From: Fonticula alba ATCC 38817
Taxonomy: Eukaryota; Protista; Nucleariida
Length of the DNA stretch: 17,406 nt
Reading direction: 5' to 3' (one strand)
NCBI GenBank assembly: GCA_000388065.2
Contig: KB932211.1
Of this stretch, positions 10,444 to 17,406 are shown piece after piece. The notes under the pieces are model-generated. The model was given only the letters and a program-made list of their open reading frames with translations. It did not search any database and was not told the DNA's origin. The position numbers and the translations under genes were made by a program. Positions within the stretch are counted from its first letter, which is position 1; the number at the start of each line of letters is the position of its first letter.

Positions 10444-11841
10444 CAGGGCAAGGCCTTCTGCTCCATCGAGCCCACCTCCGACATCAATGACGTCTGCCTG
10501 GACGGCCACAGCGGCCTGATCCTCACGGCGCAGGAGGAGCCACGCATGCACGCGTACTATGTGCCGGAGCTGGGCCCCGCGCCGCGCTGGTGCGCCTTCC
10601 TGGACAACATCACCGAGGAGCTGGAGGAGACCAAGCAGACCACGGTCTACGACGATTACAAGTTCGTCACCGAGTCGACGCTGGCCCAGTTGGGGCTGGA
10701 GCACCTGGTCGGCACGCCGATGCTGCGCGCCTACATGCACGGGTACTTCATGGACGCGCGGCTGTACAGCCGCGCCATGGCCGTGGCCAACCCCTTCGCC
10801 TACGAGGAGTACCGGGCCAAGCAGATCCAGGAGAAGATCGAGAAGGACCGCGAGTCGCGCATCTCCCTGCAGCGTAAGCTGCCAAAGGTCAACCGGGCCC
10901 TGGCCGAGTCGCTGCTCATCGAGCAGGAGGAGCAGGCGGCCAAGCGCAAGCGCCGCGGTCTGCCGGTCGAGGGCGAGGACCAGGAGGCCTCGGCCGATCA
11001 GGACGCCGCCTCGGCCAACCCCCTCAAGGACAGCCGCTTCGCGCGCATGTTCCAGGACGAGGCCTTCGAGATCGACACCGCCTCCGAGGAGTACAAGCTC
11101 CTGCATCCGGAGCGCCGGCTCCGGTCTTCGGCCCTGGAGGACAAGTTCCAGCGTGTGGCCGGGGACTCCTCGGACGACGAGCCCTCGGGCCGGCGGGCCT
11201 CTGCCGGTGCTAGCAGCCTGACGGCCGACATGTTTGGCTCCGATGATGATGATGGTGCCGACAGTGACGAGGACATGTCGACCTTCCTGCGGCGGCGCCA
11301 GGCCCGGCATGAGGCCCGCGCGCGTGGCCTGCCCACTGGCAGCCTGAGTGACGACGAGGATGCCGGGGGATCTGCCGGCGGCAAGTCCACCGGCCCGCGC
11401 ATGTATGCCCTCAAGTCCGGCATGACCCAGCGCGATGTTCACCAGGCGGCCACCACCTCGCAGAGTGCCCTGCGCCAGCAGGATATCACCCGGCGCCGGG
11501 CTCTCGGTGATCGGGTCAGTGCGGCCGGCGATGCGTCGGCCGACTCGGTGCGCGCCGCCGTCGGCGGCATGGAGGCCCGCTTCGATACGGACACCCGCCG
11601 GGAGGGCGGCTCCGGGGGTGGTGGTCGCGGCCGCGGTGGCCGCGGCGGTGGCCGTGGCGCCGGCGCCGGTGCTCGCAGCAACAAGTTCTTCTCCAGCCGG
11701 CCCTCGGCCGGGAAGCACGGTGCCGAGGGTGGTGCCTCGGCGGACGGGCACCGCCGGCGGAAGTTCATCGAGCCGGGTGCCCGCGGCGGCGGTCGCGGCG
11801 GCGGTCGCGGCGGCGGTCGCGGTGGTGGCGGTCGCTTCTGA
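8706..11841 (+). CDS. NOL10: Nucleolar protein 10 / Enp2 (WD40 + NUC153, SSU processome factor), ~767 aa. Exons 8706-8820, 8901-9091, 9213-9314, 9432-9566, 9711-10076, 10447-11841
   Basis: Spliced translation MSMQSFTINDVKVYHVTSGKSIPEW...RVDLLQDFEFP...GVYKPRLRSYDLGQLSMRFERH...RLNLDQGRFL...LGPAPRWCAFLDNITEELEE...VYDDYKFVT...LRAYMHGYFMDARLY...NPFAYEEYR...DSRFARMFQDEAFEID matches the characteristic NOL10/Enp2 motifs. All five introns are GT-AG and frame-compatible. TGA at 11839-11841. Confidence 0.96.
9358..9393 (+). repeat. 9-bp tandem repeat (CCCTTGCCG) x4 in NOL10 intron 3
   Basis: Directly visible. Confidence 0.9.
10242..10444 (+). repeat. Compound trinucleotide microsatellite (ATC/ATT/ACC/AAC)n in NOL10 intron 5, running up to the acceptor
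   Basis: About 200 nt made only of A, C and T, with an internally duplicated ATCATCATTATTATCATCACCACCACC block and two (AAC)n runs. Confidence 0.95.
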
Positions 11842-12702
11842 GCTGGCCGAGGGAGGCCCTCGGCCTCTGCGAGACATGCGGCCCCCTTGCCGCTCCGCCC
11901 CCCGTCCCCCCTCTTCATGGGCGCCTGGTCGGCGGTTTTCCCGCCTGGCTGGTGGGCTCTTTCCCTGCACCTTCGGGTCTCCCTTCGCCGGCCGCGGTGC
12001 TCTGCTGCTTTCCCTTCGCCTAGATGCGCGCGCCCGGGCGTCTTCCCGGTGGTGTGCCCCCCCCCCCCCCCCCCCCCTTCCCCTGTTATTGTCTCCCCCT
12101 CTGGAATTGCCCTTGTGATTTCCCCTCCAGACTTGCCTTCGACGATGGAGGCGGGCAGGAAGATGCACTACTCTTCGAGTCGCCGTCTCTCTCGCTCTCT
12201 CTCCCCCTCTCTCCTCCCCCACGAAGAGCCCAATATACACACACACACACACACACCTGCCCCCGCCCGGAACTCACGATCCTCGTGGGAGGGGACACCT
12301 GGCGGGGCTGACAGTGGCAAGCGCAGCGAAGCAGGCGGAGGGATGGAGGGAAGTACAGGCGCGCAACTGTGGACACACTGGCCACCGAAGACAGCGCTGC
12401 CGCGTTTATCTAGGGGCGGCGGGGCCGAGTGTGTTCAAGCAGGGGAATCCGAAGCCGGGACAGGGCGGGGGAGAAGGATAGGAGGGGAGGGGGGGGGGCG
12501 GAAGCGAGGTGCAGCATGTGCGACGCACAGCCACGCGGCACCCCGCGCACGCCCAGCCCGAGGGGCGAGGGGAAAAGTATTTTACAGGGGTTTTGGTTTT
12601 GGATTGTGTGCGTAGGAGAGAGAGAGAGAGAGAGAGGAGGGGGGGGGGAAGGGAGGGAGAGGGGCGCACACCGCGGGCCCGCCCGCGCAGATGCGTCCCC
12701 CT

Positions 12703-13593
12703 CTACCGGCTGCCGGCCTTGGGGGCACCGGTGGCCGGCGGGGCCCCGGCGCAGAAGGCCTCGAAGAAGGCAGCCTTCCGGGCGGCCGACTCGCGGCGCA
12801 GGTCCGGGCTGGCCAGGGCCCGCTCGAGGACCAGGCCGACGGCCATGTCATTGAAGCACGGGAGGACGATCTTGTCGAAGAGGGTCCGGCCGCTGGCCGA
12901 GACCACCTGGTGCCGGGGGGCGCTGAAGGTGGCGAACATGTCGGCCACCTCGGCCTCGGCGGCCCGGTAGGCCGGCTCCAGCTCCAGGGGAATGATGACG
13001 GTGATGGGGAAGCGCGTGTGCCCGGGGCGAATGTCCTGCATGATGTCCGTGCCGGCCGGGATGCACCCATGGCAGAAGTGGCACCCGGGCTTGGGGCCGC
13101 CCTCGGCCGGCAGGGGGATCTCCACCGAGAGGGTGACCCGCGGGCTGGCGGCCACATACTGCTGGATGAAGGCCACCACGTCCAGCTGGCCGGCCGCGCC
13201 GGGGGCCTGGTCGCCGGCCGGGCCGCCGGTGGCGAACTCCCGCGCCCAGGCCTGGTACTTCATGAAGTCCGCCTCGGAGGTGACGCCGGCCGTGCCGGCC
13301 GCCGCGAAGCTGGCCATCTGGCAGAAGGGCACCGGGAAGTACTTGGCCGCGAAGAGCGGCAGGTAGCGATCCGGCGTGCGCTCCGGGCTGGTGAGCCCGG
13401 CGTGCATGTCGTCCGGGCCGCCGGCCTCGGCCCCGTGGTCTTCGTCGTCCGGCCCGCCGGTCTCGCCGTCCGACCACTCGATCAGGTGCGACGGGTCTTC
13501 CACCTCGTCGAAGTCGTCCGCGTAGTCGACCTGGTTCGACGCCATGCTGGCGGCGGCCACAGGCTCGCTGGTCATCTTGGAGATATCGGCCAT
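12703..13593 (-). CDS. Hypothetical protein, 296 aa, apparently intronless, with an acidic N-terminus and a CHFCHGC motif
   Basis: Open frame from ATG (13591-13593) to TAG (12703-12705) with C/G-ending codons and globular-looking sequence (RYLPLFAAKYFPVPF...FMKYQAWAREF...TLFDKIVLPCFNDMAVGLVLERAL). The downstream flank is C-rich on the minus strand, like the UTRs of the other genes. The start is uncertain because the gap begins 42 nt upstream. No family recognised. Confidence 0.75.
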   Translation of the reverse strand: MADISKMTSEPVAAASMASNQVDYADDFDEVEDPSHLIEWSDGETGGPDDEDHGAEAGGPDDMHAGLTSPERTPDRYLPLFAAKYFPVPFCQMASFAAAGTAGVTSEADFMKYQAWAREFATGGPAGDQAPGAAGQLDVVAFIQQYVAASPRVTLSVEIPLPAEGGPKPGCHFCHGCIPAGTDIMQDIRPGHTRFPITVIIPLELEPAYRAAEAEVADMFATFSAPRHQVVSASGRTLFDKIVLPCFNDMAVGLVLERALASPDLRRESAARKAAFFEAFCAGAPPATGAPKAGSR

Positions 13594-13635
13594 CGGGGAT
13601 GGGGTGTGGGCGTGTGGGCGTGTGGGTGTGTGGGG

Positions 13636-13904
13636 NNNNNNNNNNNNNNNNNNNNNNNNNNNNNNNNNNNNNNNNNNNNNNNNNNNNNNNNNNNNNNNNN
13701 NNNNNNNNNNNNNNNNNNNNNNNNNNNNNNNNNNNNNNNNNNNNNNNNNNNNNNNNNNNNNNNNNNNNNNNNNNNNNNNNNNNNNNNNNNNNNNNNNNNN
13801 NNNNNNNNNNNNNNNNNNNNNNNNNNNNNNNNNNNNNNNNNNNNNNNNNNNNNNNNNNNNNNNNNNNNNNNNNNNNNNNNNNNNNNNNNNNNNNNNNNNN
13901 NNNN
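13636..13904. other. Assembly gap (269 N) followed by a C42 homopolymer (13905-13946)
   Basis: N run and poly-C directly visible. Confidence 1.
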
Positions 13905-13947
<43 letters not shown>

Positions 13948-15076
13948 CCGGGCGCGAGTCCAGGGCGCGGGTGGGCAGGCGCCCGGCGGCAAGGGGGAGG
14001 GAACGCCCGCGCAGGGGGCGAGGGCGAGGGGCGGCAGAGGATAACAGAGGGTGGCAGGGCGGTGTGGGGGCGCGGGGAACACGCATTCCCGGTAAGAAGG
14101 GCGCCAGGCTCCCCCCCCCCCGCTCCCCGTCCGGCCGATCCGCGCTGGCCCGCCCGCCTGTGCCCGTCCGCTCGCGCCCCCACGCACCCCGGGGCGCGAG
14201 ACCCAGCCCCGCGCTGGCATCCTGCAGGACTGTCCGGCCAGGAGGGCGCGGATGTGAGCCCCAAGGGGGGGGGGGGGAGCCGGCGGACTGGCGCGTCTAC
14301 GTCTTGCGCGCCCACGTCTCGGGGACGGCCCCCCCCCCCCCCGCTCCAGGCGGGGCCCCGCGAGGGATGTGGTGACGCAAGGTCGAGGCATGCGTGGGAC
14401 CGGGTGGCAGATCCCCCAGCGCATCGAAGCGGGGTGGGGCCGCTTTTTTTCACTACTGGCGATCGGGTGGTGAAGCGCGCAGGGGGCGGGGCCCGAGGGG
14501 GGGGGCGCCCACCTCCCTTGATGCGCGCGCGAGGCCAGCCGGGGGGCGGGGACGGGATGATGCGCTTCGTGTCGGCGGGGGATACCTATCAACGTCCTTG
14601 GCTAACCGGTAACAGGCCCGGAATCTCGTGCCGGCACATCACGCTCCCGGGCCGGGAGCCGTTCTGGACCTGGAGGGGGCGTGATCAAAGCATGCGCATA
14701 TCAGAAGCCCCTCCACGAATGTTGTGTTTGTTTCCCACTCACCCGGGGCGGCGCCGGCAGCCGCCCACCCCCTGCACACCGCACACCGGGTCGTCCGCGT
14801 CCCACCGCGGCGGCGGTCCGCCCGACGAAGTTCCCCCCCCCCCACATCGGGACACAGCTGGATTGGCGATCCACGGGCTGGCCGGGGGGGAGGCCGGCGC
14901 CTCCTTCAAAAGACGCCCGACGGCACCCCGCCCGGCGCCAGCCGCTTGCCACCCCTCTTCAGTCGCCCCTTCCTCCCCCCACCTCCCCTCCCCCCCCCCC
15001 CCCCCCCCTCCCCCCTTCCACTTTTCTCCTTCGTCTTTCCCCCGCGCCCGCCCCTCTTTACTATTTTCTTGGCAAG

Positions 15077-15624
15077 ATGGAGGCCGGTATGAAGCGCATC
15101 GAGGATGTCTGCGCCGACATGCAGGTGCGTCTGGCTGGCTCCTCGGCTGTCTCTCTCTCTCTCTCTGCTCTCTGCTCTCTGCTCTGTGTTCTCGCGTACG
15201 TGCACTGACATCCCCCTCGCCCCGGCGTGGCTGGTCGCATCTGCGCACGCGCGCGCGCACATGTAGATCCCCTCTCTTCGTGCGGCCGCGGACCAGGTGA
15301 TCCTCGAGTTCCAGAACTCCCCGAACGTCATCCCCCTCGCCACGTACATCCTTGGTGTGTGTGTGGCTGCGCCCCCTGCCGCGCCCCCTGCCGCGCCCCC
15401 TGCCGCGCCCCCTGCTCCTTCTCGTTGCTCTTTCCCCTCACGACACCGGTGCTGACCCGCCGCCCTTGCATGCACGCAGACAACTCGCAGGACAGCATGG
15501 CGCAGTTCCACTCGGCGGCCGCCATCAAGCGGTGCATCATCCGCGAGTGGACGCACCATTCGGCCGCCGACAAGCTCGGCCTCGTGCACTACTGCCTGAA
15601 CTACTGCCTGGCCCGGAGCCAGAC
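15077..15624 (+). CDS. XPO4: Exportin-4-like karyopherin, N-terminal (importin-beta N-terminal domain) fragment only. Exons 15077-15124, 15267-15354, 15480-15624
   Basis: Spliced translation MEAGMKRIEDVCADMQIPSLRAAADQVILEFQNSPNVIPLATYILDNSQDSMAQFHSAAAIKRCIIREWTHHSAADKLGLVHYCLNYCLARSQ resembles recalled exportin-4 N-termini (pattern ...ILxxS...FxAAxAI...IREW...L..Y). Donors GTGCGT 15125, GTGTGT 15355, GTATGT 15625. The 3' part is absent from the window. Confidence 0.7.
15369..15415 (+). repeat. 12-bp tandem repeat (GCGCCCCCTGCC) x ~4 in intron 2 of the exportin-4-like gene
   Basis: Directly visible. Confidence 0.9.
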
Positions 15625-15726
15625 GTATGTCGCACTCACGCTCCCTCTGCGCCGGCTGGCACGCGCCCTCCGACCACTCGACCGCCCTCCACTCACTCGC
15701 CCATTTGCCTGCCCCTCCCCCCCCCC

Positions 15727-15806
15727 NNNNNNNNNNNNNNNNNNNNNNNNNNNNNNNNNNNNNNNNNNNNNNNNNNNNNNNNNNNNNNNNNNNNNNNNNN
15801 NNNNNN
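15727..15806. other. Assembly gap (80 N) between the exportin-4-like and BORCS5-like exons
   Basis: N run flanked on both sides by poly-C. Confidence 1.
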
Positions 15807-15861
15807 CCCCCCCCCGCCCCTCCTCGCTGATTTGCTGACGCGCGGGCCTGTGCACGTGCAG

Positions 15862-16990
15862 TTCAATCCGATCCGGCCGCGGCCGACGATCTTCGGGTTC
15901 CTGGCGGATGAGGCCGGCTCGCAGAAGCTCGGCGGGCTGATCGACCCGCCGAGCGCCGACCCGCTGCTCCTGCTGCTGAAGCGCCTGCAGGACGACCTGT
16001 GCCTGGACGCGCGCGAGAGCCTGGACGAGCAGCAGTCCGTCATCGCGCAGATCAACAGCCTGGCGCGCTTCGCCAAGCGCGTGTCCGCCGCCCTCGATGG
16101 GCGCATCGCCCAGATGCGTGTCATTTCCGACAACCTCCGTGTCCGTGCGTGGACCCCCTTCCTTTTTCGGTTTTCTTTCTCCCCGGACCCGCATGCGGGC
16201 CTTCCTCCCCGGTGGCCCCGGCGTGGCTCATGTTCTCACCGTGTCCGTCCCCCCCCCCCCCCCCCCTCTGCCCCTTCTCCCTGGCCTTCGCCGGTGGTGG
16301 CATGCAGTCAATGACATCGGCCGCTCCATCGATGAGGCCACCCTGCAGGCGCGCCATGTGGTGAACACCTGCCAGCGCCTGCATGCGCGTCTGCCGGCTC
16401 ACGTGCAGATGGACTCGATCGCCACGGCGTGTCCGTCCCTGCGGCCGCGCGCGCTGCCGGCCGCGCGGCCCGCCACCGGCGCGGCCCCCATCCAAATGGC
16501 CGGCAGCCCGCCGGCCTCGGGACCGGACGCCGCGGCCGGCCCCGCGCCCTATCCCGCCGACGAGAATACCGCCCTGCCGGCCTCGTCACTTCCCCTGCAC
16601 CAGGGGAGCATGCTGGCCGAGCGCGCGAGCTTGGCCTCCGCCGACCCGATTGTCGATGCCGGGGCCGCTCCGGTGGCCACGGCCCCGATCGGCCTCTCGC
16701 CCCCCTCGGCAACGGTCCTGTCGGCGCCCGGGGCCTCGCCCATTGCCGGGGCCCCGGCCGGGGAATCCGATGACATTGTCTTTGCCGTGCGCCGGACCAA
16801 GCCCAAGAAGGAGCGCAAGGCCGGCACCGGGCGCAACGCCAAGCGCACTTCCACCTCCGGGGAGCCGGCGGAGGAGCCGGCGGAGGAGCCGGCAGAGGAG
16901 CCGGCGGAGGAGCTGGCGGAGGAGCAGACCGGCGAGCACGTCGACGCGCCGTCGGCCCAGGAGGCACCCCGGACAGAGGCCCAGGAGTAG
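15862..16990 (+). CDS. BORCS5: BORCS5 (BLOC-1-related complex subunit 5 / myrlysin)-like coiled-coil protein, 5'-partial, with a long low-complexity tail. Exons 15862-16144, 16308-16990
   Basis: Branch motif CTGAC at 15835-15839 and CAG acceptor ending 15861. Translation FNPIRPRPTIFGFL...LLLLLKRLQDDLCLDARESLDEQQSVIAQINSL...ISDNLRVLNDIGRSIDE...TCQRLHARLPAHVQM parallels recalled human BORCS5 (FQPL...LRYQDHL...DQNALVKRIKEM...VNEM...DRLNSMLP). GTGCGT donor at 16145, acceptor ending 16307, TAG at 16988-16990. Assignment is by eye. Confidence 0.55.
16862..16921 (+). repeat. Coding 12-bp tandem repeat (GAGCCGGCGGAG) x5 encoding (EPAE)4-ELAE
   Basis: Directly visible in the final exon. Confidence 0.9.
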
Positions 16991-17149
16991 GCCCGTCCGG
17001 CTTGCTCCGCCCCCCGTCCCCCCCCCCCCCCCCTCTCCCTCCGGTCGCCGTGCTCGCCCTTCGTGCGCCTGCTTTGTCCCTCCCCTCCCGCGCTGGCCGA
17101 GCGTTGCCTTTCTTGGGAAAAAATACACTGTCACCAGCACATGGCGCGC

Positions 17150-17406
17150 ATTGTTGGGGAGAGTCAGGCGGAGGAGAAGCGCCCTCGTCGCCGTGGCAGA
17201 CCTTGGCGGCCGATCGCCAGCTCCGAGATGCCAACGGAGGTGTCGTTTCTGCCCACGCAGCGGCCGGGGCGCCGGCCGGGGCTCGGCCCTGGGAGGCGAT
17301 CGCCTCCCGGCCACACGAGTCGGGGGGGGGGGGGGGGGGGGGGGGGGGGGAGGGGGGCGGGGGGGGGGGGGGGCCGATGCGCAGGGCCTCATAGGGGATG
17401 TCCACG
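17150..17406 (-). CDS. Possible fragment of a minus-strand coding exon running off the window end
   Basis: Minus strand reads VDIPYEALRIG-(P)n-DSCGREAIASQGRAPAGAPAAA... with C/G-ending codons, and the plus strand switches to G-runs here. No start, splice structure or family can be established. Confidence 0.25.

Noticed and set aside
7830-10547. 905-aa minus-strand ORF and other ORFs with poly-V/L/T/N/H/Q runs around 9938-10519
   Set aside because: Antisense or off-frame read-through of NOL10 and its intronic trinucleotide repeat, which lacks stops in several frames. No independent coding signal.
10375-12252. 625-aa minus-strand ORF
   Set aside because: Antisense to NOL10 exon 6, a typical consequence of high-GC3 codon usage.
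12691-15300. 869-aa plus-strand ORF
   Set aside because: Antisense shadow of the minus-strand orphan, extended through a gap and poly-C.
15369-15415. Short direct repeats as a possible CRISPR-like array or mobile-element end
   Set aside because: Head-to-tail tandem units without spacers inside a spliceosomal intron. No transposase, reverse transcriptase, TIR or LTR was seen in the window.

Overview
GC-rich, intron-rich eukaryotic (protist-like) genomic scaffold with four N-gaps. The organism cannot be fixed from the sequence. Most long ORFs in the supplied track are artefacts of GC bias, homopolymers, repeats or Ns; the real genes are spliced (GTGCGT/GTACGT-type donors, CTGAC/CTAAC branch motifs, CAG/TAG acceptors). 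In order: a 3-exon orphan gene for a ~175-aa multi-pass membrane protein (+); a 5'-truncated OLA1/YchF ATPase (+); tRNA-Ser(CGA) (+); a complete 6-exon NOL10/Enp2 gene with an RGG tail (+); an apparently intronless 296-aa orphan with a CHFCHGC motif (-); the first three exons of an exportin-4-like gene (+); and, beyond an 80-N gap, the last two exons of a BORCS5-like gene (+). The two strongest leads are the exportin-4/BORCS5 juxtaposition (mis-sized gap or true fusion) and two introns in which microsatellites sit in long AG-free zones between a distant branch-point motif and the acceptor. All family assignments come from recalled homolog sequences, not database searches.
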